Below, one piece after another: positions 16,649 to 26,528 of a stretch of DNA of 64,000 nucleotides; the stretch's first letter is position 1, and each line of letters opens with the position of its first letter. This stretch comes from a virus (Duplodnaviria; Caudoviricetes). The position numbers and the translations under genes were made by a program. The stretch lies in IMG/VR virus record IMGVR_UViG_2765235885_000002, positions 1,689 through 65,688 of that record; one strand, given 5' to 3'. The notes under the pieces were generated by a model. It saw only the letters and a list, made by a program, of their open reading frames with translations, searched no databases and was not told the DNA's origin.

Positions 16649-19600
16649 CCTCCCCACCCTGAGGTCGAGACAGCGTCGGAACGGACCAGCCGATTCGCCT
16701 CTGTACGAAGCAAGTTCAACAGCTCGTTGAGATCGAACGTCGTGACATCACCGAGCTGAATCAACGGTCCTCCCTCATTACCTGCGGGCAGCGGCTGATC
16801 TCCCCCGCCGCTTGCCACAGCGGCCGGCTGCGAAGCCAAATCCGGTGATGGCTGCGAGGTAGGGATGATCGGGAGATCGGCGAACTTGCCGAACCCGAAG
16901 AAATCGAGCGTGTCCTTGACGGTGCCGCTGGCGAAGTCCGACGCCGTCTGACCGGCGTAGTCCGACAACGACATCGACGACGCACCCGAACCTGAGGACG
17001 TCGACGCTGACGCTGACGGAACAGATGCTGCAGCCGACGCGGCTCCGGACGATGGCGATCCCGCTGCTTCGAGTCCGGCATCGGCCGGGCCCGAGGCGCT
17101 GGCTGGGAGTTCCTCCGGAGCAGGGTTCCCGCCCGTGAATGCCGACGCCGGCAGATGCCAGAAGTCGGTGAACTGCGAATCGTTACCGCCCACGGTGCCG
17201 CCGAACTTGCCGCCGCCGTACGCGCCACCCATCTCGAAGTTCTCGCCCGTCGGCAGAGTGGCCGCGGTGTGGCCGCCGCCGGGTCCGCCGTTCTTGAACC
17301 CGACGAGCAGATCCCCGGCGGTGCCCTTGCCCTGGACGAACCCTCGAGCGGCGAGCTCGTCAGCCTCGTTGCCAGTGGCGAAGCGGGAGCCGAACGGGTC
17401 TCGGCCGGTCGCGAAGTTCGCGATCGCCGACACGGCACCGGAGCAGTCGCCCCAGTTGACGCCGCCCCACTCGTACGGCTTCCCGTCGACGCCTCGAGCG
17501 AAGTCCCGGAGAGCGTCGGTGGAGATCAGACCGCCGTCGGCGAACCCGAGGAGCTTGCGGCCCCGCAGGATTACATCGACGAGAGCCGAGTCCTCTTCCT
17601 GACCGAGCACGTTGCCGGTGTAGTCACCGGAGCCGAGCAACGATCCGAAGCCGCCGACCATCGAATGCAGGAAGTCGGCCGAGGGAACCCAGCCATCGTT
17701 GATTGCCTCGAGGATCGGCAAGGTCTCCGGAGTGACCGAGCTTGCGCGGGTCATGAACTCGCCGTTCGACGCCCGGATGAGCATCGAATCCGAACGGGGC
17801 CCGCCCGGTCCGCTGAGCTTGCCGCCGTCCCTGAACATCGGGATGTTCGGGGTGTCGAGGGTGATCTTCGGGATGTCGACACCCAGGACAGTTCCGCCAC
17901 CGATCACCAGCTGGAAGTCGTTCCACTTGCGGATGATCCAGTTGATAGCAGCCTTGAAACTTTCGGTGATTCCGTCCCACATCCCCGACACTGCGGATGT
18001 GATCCGGCCCGGAAGTTCGGTCACGAATCCGACGAGCTCGCCGAACTTGCCGACTACCCAATCCTTTGCCTGGCCGGCCTTTTCGCCGATCCACCCGAGA
18101 GCATTTCCGAACGCGGTGATGCCGGCCGAGACGAGATTCCACATGTAGTCCCACCCGGCACGGATGGCATCCCACGCCGCGGAGACGATCTTTTGTCCGA
18201 TCTCGGTTTGGGTGAAGAACCAGATCAGACCGGCGACGAGTGCCGTGACACCGATGATGATCAGCGAGATCGGGTTTGCATTCAGTGCGATGTTGAGCAG
18301 CCACTGCGCTGCGGTCGCGGCCGCGGTCGCGATGGTGCCCGCCACGAGTGCAACCTTCTGCGCGACGTACGAGACACCGGCGCGCGCCGCCGCTGCACCG
18401 TTCGCAGCCCACGCCGCGGTGTTCGAGGCGAGGGCTGCGGTACCGGACGCCACCGCGGTGGCAGCAGTCCTTGCCGACGTCGCGGCCGTCGACACAGCTG
18501 TCTTGGCCGCCCCGAATCCGTCCTTGATGGCCGAGGCTCCGGACTTCACCGAATCGATTGCCCCGGAGACTGTTTCCTTCGCGGACATGAATCCGTCCTT
18601 GACGGAGGTGATGCCTTCACCGACGGAATCGAATACGCCCTTGGCGGTCTCGAATCCGGCGACTGCGCCACCGAGTCCGGTCATTCCTGCGACTGCGCCG
18701 AGCAGTGAGCCCTCGTTCTCGTCGAGTGCACCGGTGAAGTCGCCTACTAGTGGCAGGACGTTGTCGCCGAGCATGTTGACGAACGTCGACTCGATTCCGC
18801 GCTTGAAGGTTTCGAGCTTGGACGAAGCGTTGTCGTTGAGGGTTGCGCCCATCGCGTCGGCCGAGCCTTCGAATCCGGCCATCGCGTTCTCGGCCCCGGT
18901 GAGCCCGGAAAGAAATGCGGGGATCTGGTCGATCGACAGGTCCTCGAGCGGGGTGCCGAACAGTGCGATCGCGGCGTTCGCCCGTGCTGACGGATCCTCG
19001 ATCGCTAGCAGTCCGTTGGCGGTCTGGGTCAGCGCGTCCTTGGCGACGGCTCCACCGGTGGCGATTGCGTTTGACATGGTCTGCGCGTCGAGACCGATAG
19101 CGCCGTAGGCCTCGGCGGATGTCTTGGACATGTCCGAGCCGCGGATGGTGAATTCCTTGAGTGCGTCACCGGTCTTGTCGAGCGCGAACTTTCCGTTGCC
19201 CGCAGCGGAAACGAGCATGTTGAAGGCGTCCGGGCCCTCGATGCCGAGTGCCCGGAAGTTGGTGCCGTACTCCTGCAGGATTTCGGGGAGTTCTTCGCGC
19301 ATCGCTTTCGGGACGCGCTGGAAGCTGGTCGTCATCAGGTCGAACGCCTGCGTCGAGTCGACAGCGAGCCCGTTCTGGACGAGCTGGGCGGCGGTCTGGA
19401 TCGCCGAGTCGACATCGGTGTCGAAGGTCTTGCCGAAGTTCACTGCCCGTGTGGTGACCTGCTCGAGGCTGGCTTCGCCCTCGTACCCGAGAGTGGCGAA
19501 CGAGGACTGCGCCGAGTCGATTGCAGAGGTGACATCGGCCATGGAGTCTCCGAGACCGGAGGCGTACAGCTTGCCGGCGCGGACGCCGTATTCCTTCGCC

Positions 19601-20205
19601 AGTTCGGGCGATGCGCCCTGAGCGGCCGCCAGCTTGGAGTAATCCGCTTGGTTGGCCATTGCCTTGCCGACACCGGCCATTGCCCCGGAGACACCGGCTG
19701 CGCCGGCCGCGAGACCGGCCAGCTGCTTGATGCCGCCGCCGAGACCGCCGAACATGTTCTTGAGTCCGCCGCCGGTCCGCTCGACGCTGGCACCAAGATC
19801 ATCGGTCGCCGACTCCGCAGCGGTCTCGGCCGCCGTGAGCTGGTCGGTCGCCGTACGTGCAGCGCGGGCAGCGGCTTCTGCACCACGGTTTGCTCGGGCG
19901 ACAGCTTCGAGAGCTGCCGCGTACCGACCACCGCGGGTGATGCCGCGTTCCTGCATCTCGACGAGCTTCGCCTGCGCCACAGTCTGTTTGCCGGTGGCGT
20001 CAGCTACTCGGTCCTGCGCTTTCGCGACCAGAGCCGACGCCTTCTCCACCGCCGCGCGCGAGGACGCGATGCCGCCTGCGATGCCCTCGCCGACGGCACG
20101 GCCGGCGCGCTCCCCCGCGCCGGCCGTGCCCCGGGTTAACGCTCCCGCGAAATCGCGGAAGCTGGGAAGGATGGGGAGCCAGACCGTATCGCCGTCATCA
20201 GCCAT
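16645..20205 (-). CDS. Tape measure protein
   Basis: 1186 aa Ala/Gly-rich; ALLKQWLLNIALNANPISLII-like TMP region; C-terminal GKPYEWGG..DCSG hydrolase-like segment. Confidence 0.95.
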   Translation of the reverse strand: MADDGDTVWLPILPSFRDFAGALTRGTAGAGERAGRAVGEGIAGGIASSRAAVEKASALVAKAQDRVADATGKQTVAQAKLVEMQERGITRGGRYAAALEAVARANRGAEAAARAARTATDQLTAAETAAESATDDLGASVERTGGGLKNMFGGLGGGIKQLAGLAAGAAGVSGAMAGVGKAMANQADYSKLAAAQGASPELAKEYGVRAGKLYASGLGDSMADVTSAIDSAQSSFATLGYEGEASLEQVTTRAVNFGKTFDTDVDSAIQTAAQLVQNGLAVDSTQAFDLMTTSFQRVPKAMREELPEILQEYGTNFRALGIEGPDAFNMLVSAAGNGKFALDKTGDALKEFTIRGSDMSKTSAEAYGAIGLDAQTMSNAIATGGAVAKDALTQTANGLLAIEDPSARANAAIALFGTPLEDLSIDQIPAFLSGLTGAENAMAGFEGSADAMGATLNDNASSKLETFKRGIESTFVNMLGDNVLPLVGDFTGALDENEGSLLGAVAGMTGLGGAVAGFETAKGVFDSVGEGITSVKDGFMSAKETVSGAIDSVKSGASAIKDGFGAAKTAVSTAATSARTAATAVASGTAALASNTAAWAANGAAAARAGVSYVAQKVALVAGTIATAAATAAQWLLNIALNANPISLIIIGVTALVAGLIWFFTQTEIGQKIVSAAWDAIRAGWDYMWNLVSAGITAFGNALGWIGEKAGQAKDWVVGKFGELVGFVTELPGRITSAVSGMWDGITESFKAAINWIIRKWNDFQLVIGGGTVLGVDIPKITLDTPNIPMFRDGGKLSGPGGPRSDSMLIRASNGEFMTRASSVTPETLPILEAINDGWVPSADFLHSMVGGFGSLLGSGDYTGNVLGQEEDSALVDVILRGRKLLGFADGGLISTDALRDFARGVDGKPYEWGGVNWGDCSGAVSAIANFATGRDPFGSRFATGNEADELAARGFVQGKGTAGDLLVGFKNGGPGGGHTAATLPTGENFEMGGAYGGGKFGGTVGGNDSQFTDFWHLPASAFTGGNPAPEELPASASGPADAGLEAAGSPSSGAASAAASVPSASASTSSGSGASSMSLSDYAGQTASDFASGTVKDTLDFFGFGKFADLPIIPTSQPSPDLASQPAAVASGGGDQPLPAGNEGGPLIQLGDVTTFDLNELLNLLRTEANRLVRSDAVSTSGWGG

Positions 20206-20623
20206 GCGGACCACCACCCTTCGGTTTCTTCGGAGGAGCGATCGATTCGAGATACCGAATCGCTGCTTCGTTCGATGCGCTGCCGCGGTCGCCGATCACC
20301 GCGCCGGACTTGGCCCACGGGAACGCCTTGAACTTCGGCCACTTCGGCTTCATGCGTTTGGTCCACACGAGCCGCTGATCGAGCCAGTCGAGCTTGTGCC
20401 ACAGGCCCCAGAGCAGGGCTTCGTTGTTCGTCCAGTACTGACCGTCGAGGCCTGCCCTATGGACGGCACTGCCGTCGGGCAGATGCTCTTTCAGGACGCG
20501 AACCTGACGAATCGAGATCTTGCCCTGCCAGAACGCGGCGACGACGTCGAAGTGGTACTCGGCGATCAGCGCCGCTTCGAGCGCCTCTGCATGCGGTTGG
20601 AGGACGGTGTACGTCGTGTAGGC
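20198..20623 (-). CDS. Tail assembly chaperone C-terminal extension (read by -1 frameshift)
   Basis: Open -1 frame with no RBS, overlapping the 3' end of the upstream chaperone. Confidence 0.75.
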   Translation of the reverse strand, partial: AYTTYTVLQPHAEALEAALIAEYHFDVVAAFWQGKISIRQVRVLKEHLPDGSAVHRAGLDGQYWTNNEALLWGLWHKLDWLDQRLVWTKRMKPKWPKFKAFPWAKSGAVIGDRGSASNEAAIRYLESIAPPKKPKGGGPHG

Positions 20624-20919
20624 CCCGACTCGTCGGTGTTGTGCTCGACCCACAGACGCTGTGCGTTCGCGACCTGCGCCGATCCGCCGCCCATTTCCCA
20701 GAACTTCTGGGCCTGCTCGTCACCGAGGAAGAACAGGACGTACCCCTCGAGGTCGTCGTTGTCGAGTTCTTGCAGCTCGGACTTCTGATCGTCGTCGAGG
20801 ATCAGCGGGTCGAGGCACTGCCAGGTCTCACCCTTGAAGACGAACGGGAATTTGTCACGAGAGCCAATCTCCTCTTCGCGCTTGGCGGCGATTGCATCGA
20901 GATCGATTTCGAAAGCCAT
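20566..20919 (-). CDS. Tail assembly chaperone
   Basis: Between major tail and tape measure; GAAAGG RBS. Confidence 0.85.
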   Translation of the reverse strand: MAFEIDLDAIAAKREEEIGSRDKFPFVFKGETWQCLDPLILDDDQKSELQELDNDDLEGYVLFFLGDEQAQKFWEMGGGSAQVANAQRLWVEHNTDESGPTRRTPSSNRMQRRSKRR

Positions 20920-20968
20920 GGTGGGCCTTTCTGTTTCAGCGAGTTGGTGGGTCTGCTACAGATGGAGA

Positions 20969-21015
20969 GACGGCGGCGCGGGTGAAGACCCACCACGGAA
21001 ACCCGCGCCGCCGTC
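20969..21015 (-). terminator. Strong hairpin after major tail gene
   Basis: Perfect 15-bp stem GACGGCGGCGCGGGT/ACCCGCGCCGCCGTC. Confidence 0.7.
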
Positions 21016-21017
21016 GA

Positions 21018-21590
21018 CTACGCGGGAAGTTCCCAGTTCTCCTTGAAGAGGCGCTTGACCGACCAGCCCTCGGCACCGGGGTACGCGGTGATGGTGACCG
21101 GGTAGCCGATCAGCTCGCCCTTGGTGTACGTCTGCGATCCGCGCTCGGTGACCTCGCCGAGGGGCACGAGGAATCGGCGTGCGTAAACGCCGTCGATAAT
21201 GTCGATACCGAAGGCGCGCAGGTCCTGGTCCTTGATGTCGCCGTCCACGAAGGAGACGACACCGTCGGTCTCGACCATGTCCTCGGCCTTAACCTTGTAG
21301 AACAAGCTGATCGTGTCGAAACTCGTTGTCCAGATGACGGTTTCCCACGAGATAGTCTCGGAGGTAGTCGCCACACGGATCGGCGAGTTGGACTGCCACG
21401 GCACGAACGGCGTGGTGTCGGCATCACGGTTCTCGGTGATGCCTTCGTCCGAGATCCAGCCGGCGTCGGCGAATGTGCTCGTCCACGCCGACATGAGGGT
21501 CGGGAAGACGGCACCCTTCGCGCCGAAACGCAGTGCACCGGTAACACCGATACGGGCAACGTCGCTGCCGTACGGAGAGGGAGATGTCAT
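21018..21590 (-). CDS. Major tail protein
   Basis: GWISDEGITE, LIGYPVTITAYP motifs; synteny. Confidence 0.9.
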   Translation of the reverse strand: MTSPSPYGSDVARIGVTGALRFGAKGAVFPTLMSAWTSTFADAGWISDEGITENRDADTTPFVPWQSNSPIRVATTSETISWETVIWTTSFDTISLFYKVKAEDMVETDGVVSFVDGDIKDQDLRAFGIDIIDGVYARRFLVPLGEVTERGSQTYTKGELIGYPVTITAYPGAEGWSVKRLFKENWELPA

Positions 21591-21662
21591 TACAAGCCCC
21601 TTTCATGGGCATGACGAGGTTGCCCTGAACCTGTTGGTGCAGAGCTGTTTACGTGGTGGAGG

Positions 21663-22049
21663 TCAGAGTGGCTTGCAGAGGAAGTCGACGACTCCGCCGT
21701 ACCTCAGGACTTTCGGGTTGTAGTCCGGACGACGAACAGGCCGCGTCCTCTCGTCGACGACGATCCCGTCGGCTCGCCAGTTGTTCAGCCAGTCACTGCC
21801 GCGCTCGGCGAGGGCACGGAGATCGGCCAACGGATCCGGCCCCGACTTCAGACCGAAGTACAGGACGTCAACGGAGACGGTCGTGCGAAGGTGCCTTCCG
21901 TTGAACGGCTTGTCCCGCGGAATGTCGTCGATGGTGACGACCTGGATGATCGGCGGAGTGAAGTCGGGGGGCAGGTCGGTGACGGTGCGTACCCCGAGTT
22001 CGGCAGTCATGCTCTCGCACAGCAATGCCAGTACGTCGGGGAACGTCAT
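21663..22049 (-). CDS. Tail terminator
   Basis: Synteny; P..PDYNP.V.RY motif. Confidence 0.75.
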   Translation of the reverse strand: MTFPDVLALLCESMTAELGVRTVTDLPPDFTPPIIQVVTIDDIPRDKPFNGRHLRTTVSVDVLYFGLKSGPDPLADLRALAERGSDWLNNWRADGIVVDERTRPVRRPDYNPKVLRYGGVVDFLCKPL

Positions 22050-22373
22050 CTAACTGCCCGACAGTTTCGGCTTCGCCCCTGCTGCCGGTTTCGTGTCTGC
22101 TCCCTGGCCGGGCTTGGACAGTGAGTTCGGGCCGTCCGGTACTGGCGCGCTGGCGTCAGTGTCCGCGGCCTTGACGTCGGCCTTCGCGTCTGGAAGATCG
22201 GCATCGGTGGAGTCGGTCGAGGGGGCGTCCGGTTCGGCCACTGGCTTCGGGTCGTCGACGTAGGTCGCCATGCCGGTGTCGACGTAACGCGCTGCGGCGT
22301 GCTCGTCCTCGAAGTCCTCGGTCTTGTCGATCTTCGAGTCGTCGCGATGCAGCGACCATCGGATTGTCTTCAT
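22050..22373 (-). CDS. Hypothetical acidic/Pro-rich protein
   Basis: AGGAAGG RBS before ATG 22373. Confidence 0.6.
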   Translation of the reverse strand: MKTIRWSLHRDDSKIDKTEDFEDEHAAARYVDTGMATYVDDPKPVAEPDAPSTDSTDADLPDAKADVKAADTDASAPVPDGPNSLSKPGQGADTKPAAGAKPKLSGS

Positions 22374-22386
22374 GCTGTGTGCCTTC

Positions 22387-22659
22387 CTATTTCGTCGCCC
22401 GCGACGCGCGGCCGATCGCCCGGATCCGGGGAGTGGTTTCGGTTCCGTACTCTTCGTCTCGGCTGGACGAGACGACCTGTGCGAACGCACGTCCGCCGGG
22501 CCTGATGCCTGACACAACGGTGATGCGGGCAGACCCGCCTTCCGAGTTGGTGATCGCCTGAGCTGTGGCCGCGATGCGGCGAGCTTTCGCGATACCACGC
22601 TGCTGCAAGGCGGGCATGCGGTTGATCTGCTTGTACATCTTCGGGGTCATTCGCACCAT
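22387..22659 (-). CDS. Neck/tail completion protein (HK97 gp10-like position)
   Basis: Basic, EEYGT motif; synteny. Confidence 0.65.
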   Translation of the reverse strand: MVRMTPKMYKQINRMPALQQRGIAKARRIAATAQAITNSEGGSARITVVSGIRPGGRAFAQVVSSSRDEEYGTETTPRIRAIGRASRATK

Positions 22660-23012
22660 CAGCCGGTCACCTTCTCCAGTTGGATCTCGATGTGGTGCAC
22701 TGCATTCAGAATCATGGGATGCGGCCACCTACCGATCTGTGTGACGTCGTACGACTGTCCAGCCCACCGAACTCGGTCGGTGTCGAGCACATCGATATCG
22801 ACACCCGCTTGGGAGATCACCCGGTACCCGGTGGTGACCGTCTGCCGGAATTCGTTCTCGCCGGACTCAGTCTGGGACAGAGGCTGCATTGACACCGGCA
22901 GCGGAACGGGTGTCAGTTCGGCGTCGTCCCAATCGATCACGTCGTTGCCGTACGAATCCCGCGTGATCACGGGACGTTCAATTTCGATCATGCTGGTGTA
23001 GCCGGCGACCAT
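22659..23012 (-). CDS. Head-to-tail stopper
   Basis: DSYGN..IDW, DRVRWAG.SYDV motifs; synteny. Confidence 0.8.
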   Translation of the reverse strand: MVAGYTSMIEIERPVITRDSYGNDVIDWDDAELTPVPLPVSMQPLSQTESGENEFRQTVTTGYRVISQAGVDIDVLDTDRVRWAGQSYDVTQIGRWPHPMILNAVHHIEIQLEKVTG

Positions 23013-23389
23013 CAGCAATCACCGAAGAACCAGGCGGGGGCCGTTGCAGGCCCGATCCCGAACAGTGCCTTATGGGCATCAGTGAAGTACAACGTCGCTG
23101 ACGGATTCAGCAACGTAGCCGAATCCGCGATACTCCCCACCGTCGTCGCATACGACGACTTACCGAACTGATCATCGGTGACCGACAGCGCCGACTTCAC
23201 CATGTCGATCGACACAGCGCGGGCGATGAGCTCGCGGTCGTCATTCATGTCGAGATCGGACATGTCGACGTTCCGACGAATCAGGATCGCAGCGAGCTCG
23301 AGCGCTGATGTCGCGCGCACTCTCTGCTGATCAGTGAGGGGACGCCACTGCTCGACCAGCTGATCTACGGTCGCGTAAACGACTGCCAT
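23012..23389 (-). CDS. Head-to-tail adaptor
   Basis: YATVDQLVEQWRPL; synteny. Confidence 0.8.
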   Translation of the reverse strand: MAVVYATVDQLVEQWRPLTDQQRVRATSALELAAILIRRNVDMSDLDMNDDRELIARAVSIDMVKSALSVTDDQFGKSSYATTVGSIADSATLLNPSATLYFTDAHKALFGIGPATAPAWFFGDC

Positions 23390-23408
23390 GAACGTCCCCT
23401 CCCCTGCA

Positions 23409-23891
23409 TCAGCTCAATGCCGCGATGAGGTCGGTCTTCGACATCTTCTCGGCTTCCTTACGGTCGAAGCCCTTCTCGACGGCGTAGTCCTCCCACACCT
23501 TCACCAGGTCGGTCGGCTTCGGCTTGGCCGGATCCGACTTCGGGGCAGGTGCAGGCTCGACCGTGGTCGCGACCGGCTGGGTCTCCGAGACAGGCTCCGG
23601 AACAACCGGTTCCGCAGCAGGATCGACGGCGAGGGCATCGTCGAGTGCAGCCAGGATCGAAGCCTGGTCGGCGTCCGCCGGGAGACCGAGACGTTCGGCC
23701 AACGCACCCGACAGCACTACATCCTCGGGCTCCACGACATCATCGACGTCGGGCGCGAACGCACCGTGGCGCTCGAACTTCTCGACAACAGCATCGGGAA
23801 AGTCGACGACGTCACCGAACAAGGACTCACGGCGAACACCGTCTATATCTGTCCAGCGGATGACGCTGTGCGCAACTGTTCGGATCGGCAT
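23409..23891 (-). CDS. Hypothetical head-region protein
   Basis: Follows capsid; C-terminal W..YA...G...A..MSK.DLI helix pair. Confidence 0.7.
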   Translation of the reverse strand: MPIRTVAHSVIRWTDIDGVRRESLFGDVVDFPDAVVEKFERHGAFAPDVDDVVEPEDVVLSGALAERLGLPADADQASILAALDDALAVDPAAEPVVPEPVSETQPVATTVEPAPAPKSDPAKPKPTDLVKVWEDYAVEKGFDRKEAEKMSKTDLIAALS

Positions 23892-23893
23892 GA

Positions 23894-24802
23894 TCAGCCC
23901 GCCAATCCGGTGACCTTGCGGATGGCGTAGGGATTGGTGACACCCATGACCGGCTGCACGTACGACTGAACCCAGTTCTTGCGGGTCTTCTGTTCACGCC
24001 ACGTCTCCGTGGTGAGGCCCACCTCGTAGTCGAGGAAGCCGACCTGTCCGGTAGCTACCGCATAAGCGACACCGGCAGGGATCTCGTTGGAGGCGAACAG
24101 TGTGATGCCGTTCGTGGCGAGGATCTGAGCGAGTGCCGCGCCGTACGCGATCTCGATGTTCGTCTTCTCGACCGGGTTCAGCAGCCACAGGTCGTACTTG
24201 ACGCCGAGCTCTTCCTGTGTCGCGAACCTCTGCGCGAATGCGAGGTCAGCGTGCGGCAGGTCCTGGTTCGGAGTCGGGTTCGTTCCGCCGAGCTGAGCTG
24301 TGGCCCAGTTGTTTCCGACGAACGTTGTCGCTCCACCGAGCGCCGCGATTGCGGAATCGAGCGTTGCGACAGCGCGGGTGTTCACCTTCTTGACGATGGT
24401 GTTCGACAGCTGCGTGGTCTGGATGTCGAAGTACGCAGCATCGTTGCGCTTCACCGCGTTGTCCGAGACCCAGAACTTGCCGCCCCAGTCCTCGACCAGC
24501 GCGACCTTCTCGTCCAGACGTTCGGACCCAACGATCGGGTACTCGTCGGAGTCACCGCGCTGTTCCACGTCATTGGCGAGGTACAGCTCGTTCTTGATGG
24601 CCTGCTGGTAGCGCATCGCGCCGCCGACCACTGGGACACCCGACGTCGCGAAGATCTTGTCGACGATGAACGAGTGCAGGGTGATGTCCGCGATACGGCG
24701 GCTGATGCGGTTGGGCTGCTTCAGTGCGGTATCGACGGTCAGCTGGTTGTTGACGATGGCGGGCGCGCCGAGCGGAAACGCCACCGGTGCCTGAGTCGGC
24801 AT
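23894..24802 (-). CDS. Major capsid protein
   Basis: 302 aa; GAAAGGGG RBS; HK97-fold synteny. Confidence 0.9.
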   Translation of the reverse strand: MPTQAPVAFPLGAPAIVNNQLTVDTALKQPNRISRRIADITLHSFIVDKIFATSGVPVVGGAMRYQQAIKNELYLANDVEQRGDSDEYPIVGSERLDEKVALVEDWGGKFWVSDNAVKRNDAAYFDIQTTQLSNTIVKKVNTRAVATLDSAIAALGGATTFVGNNWATAQLGGTNPTPNQDLPHADLAFAQRFATQEELGVKYDLWLLNPVEKTNIEIAYGAALAQILATNGITLFASNEIPAGVAYAVATGQVGFLDYEVGLTTETWREQKTRKNWVQSYVQPVMGVTNPYAIRKVTGLAG

Positions 24803-24866
24803 GGGTACCCCTTTCAGAGGTGGTTATGAGCGAGGTTCGCTCGACACGCGCCCGGGTTCGGGCATG

Positions 24867-24899
24867 AAAAAACCACCGGACCAAGGGGTCTCGGTGGTT
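24867..24899 (-). terminator. Intrinsic terminator with U-tract upstream of capsid gene
   Basis: Minus strand AACCACCG-A-GACC-CCTT-GGTC-CGGTGGTT-TTTT. Confidence 0.7.
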
Positions 24900-24921
24900 G
24901 CGCGTTCGGAGTGGAGGTGGG

Positions 24922-25296
24922 TCAGTACAGGCTGATCTGAGCGTCGCTACCGGACGTGGCTGCGGTGACGGCGTAACCGACTGCAACTCCGGAAGTCTTG
25001 GTGACTGCCTGACCGGCAGCGCCTACCTCGACCTCGGCGAATGCAGCGATCGCGCCGGCCGCAGTCACGTACGTGACCCGGTCCTTTCCGCGGGCGATGC
25101 CGACGACGGCACCGGAGGCCGCGTCATACTTCGAGACTCCGCAGACGCGTCCGGCCGCGGTGGCATGCGCGACGGCGATGTTGCCGTTGCTGCGGTTGCC
25201 CGAGATCGCGAGGAAACGCTTGCCGGTGACCGCCGCGGTCGCGCGTCCGGTCAGATCCGTACCCGGGTAGTAGACGTCGATGTTTTCGTTCGCCAT
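24922..25296 (-). CDS. Capsid decoration/cement protein (DUF2190-like)
   Basis: Ala/Gly-rich 124 aa between protease and capsid. Confidence 0.75.
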   Translation of the reverse strand: MANENIDVYYPGTDLTGRATAAVTGKRFLAISGNRSNGNIAVAHATAAGRVCGVSKYDAASGAVVGIARGKDRVTYVTAAGAIAAFAEVEVGAAGQAVTKTSGVAVGYAVTAATSGSDAQISLY

Positions 25297-25298
25297 GA

Positions 25299-26528
25299 TC
25301 AGGCCTCCTTCGAGCGAGTGTTGAACCAGCCGAGGTCTTCCTCGACGGCGTTGGCAGGAGACTGGCCATGACCAGATTCTTCGACCGGAACGAGGTTCTT
25401 CGGAAGCTGATCGATCAGCTTCCGTGTGCCCTCAGGGTTGTCGGTGAGCAGATTCAGGAACTGCTCGCGACTCGCGGGTGCGATACGACCTTCCCTGATA
25501 GCGGTGTCGATGACCGCGTTGTTGGCTTCCTGCATCTGCTGTGCACGGGCCTGGTCGCCGCGCTCAGCCTTGGCGATCAACTCGGTGAGTGCCGCATTCT
25601 CGACCACTCCGAGTCCGTTCTTCTGGATGACCGCGAGTGCGCTCTCCAGGGTTGGTTCGGCGGCCTCAACCACCGGCGGGGTCTCGACCGGCTCGACCGT
25701 CTGCTCTTCGAGCGCCTCGTCGATTGCCTTCAGTACGGTCTCGTCGTCAGCATCGGCACCGAAGCCGAACCGCTCAGCGAGGCCTTCCTTCAGAGTGTCC
25801 ATTACGGACTCCTTATCTTCTGGGTCCCCAGCCTCGTTGGCAGAGGAGTTTGTGGGTCGGTGGCCGTTGCGTGCCAGTGCCGACAGGTCAAATCTGTTCT
25901 TCGCCTTCTGAACCGGCGTCTCGTCAACCGCATCCGACGTGAACACTGAGTCAGCGAGCCCTGCGGCGACGGCCTCTTCGGCCGAGTACCACGACTCGTT
26001 CTTCATCGCCTCAAGCCAGGTATCGACGTCTCCGCCTGTCTTGCGCGCGTAGATCGACGCGATGTTGCGATCCTCGTGTTCGAGGTCGGCGGACATCTTC
26101 GTCATGTCGGCTGCGTTGCCGACACACATGCCCCAGGCGTTGTGGATGAAGAACTCCGCGTTCTCCATAATGCGAAGCTCGTCGACACCCGCCGCGATGA
26201 ACGAAGCCGACGAAGCAGCGATGCCCTCGACGATTGCCACTACCCGCGCGTCGTGACGACGCAGGGCGTTCAGGATCGCGAGGCCTTCCCAGACCTCTCC
26301 GCCCGGGGAGTTGATGAGTAGTTGAATCTCAGTGGTCTTCTCAGGGAGCTCGTCAATCGCGGCGACGAACTCCTTCGCAGACACACCCCAGAACTCGCCC
26401 CACGAATCAATCGGGTCGTACAGCCTGAGCACGGCAGTAGTCCCATTGTCGGATGATCTGGTCTGTGGAATCTCTGCCTTGACAGGCGTTCGCTTGAACG
26501 CCTGACGGTTTCGCAGGAATGGGTTCAT
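25299..26528 (-). CDS. ClpP-like capsid maturation protease fused to scaffold
   Basis: INSPGG, GIAASSAS, FFIHNAW, ESWYSAEEAV motifs; coiled-coil C-terminal half. Confidence 0.92.
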   Translation of the reverse strand: MNPFLRNRQAFKRTPVKAEIPQTRSSDNGTTAVLRLYDPIDSWGEFWGVSAKEFVAAIDELPEKTTEIQLLINSPGGEVWEGLAILNALRRHDARVVAIVEGIAASSASFIAAGVDELRIMENAEFFIHNAWGMCVGNAADMTKMSADLEHEDRNIASIYARKTGGDVDTWLEAMKNESWYSAEEAVAAGLADSVFTSDAVDETPVQKAKNRFDLSALARNGHRPTNSSANEAGDPEDKESVMDTLKEGLAERFGFGADADDETVLKAIDEALEEQTVEPVETPPVVEAAEPTLESALAVIQKNGLGVVENAALTELIAKAERGDQARAQQMQEANNAVIDTAIREGRIAPASREQFLNLLTDNPEGTRKLIDQLPKNLVPVEESGHGQSPANAVEEDLGWFNTRSKEA

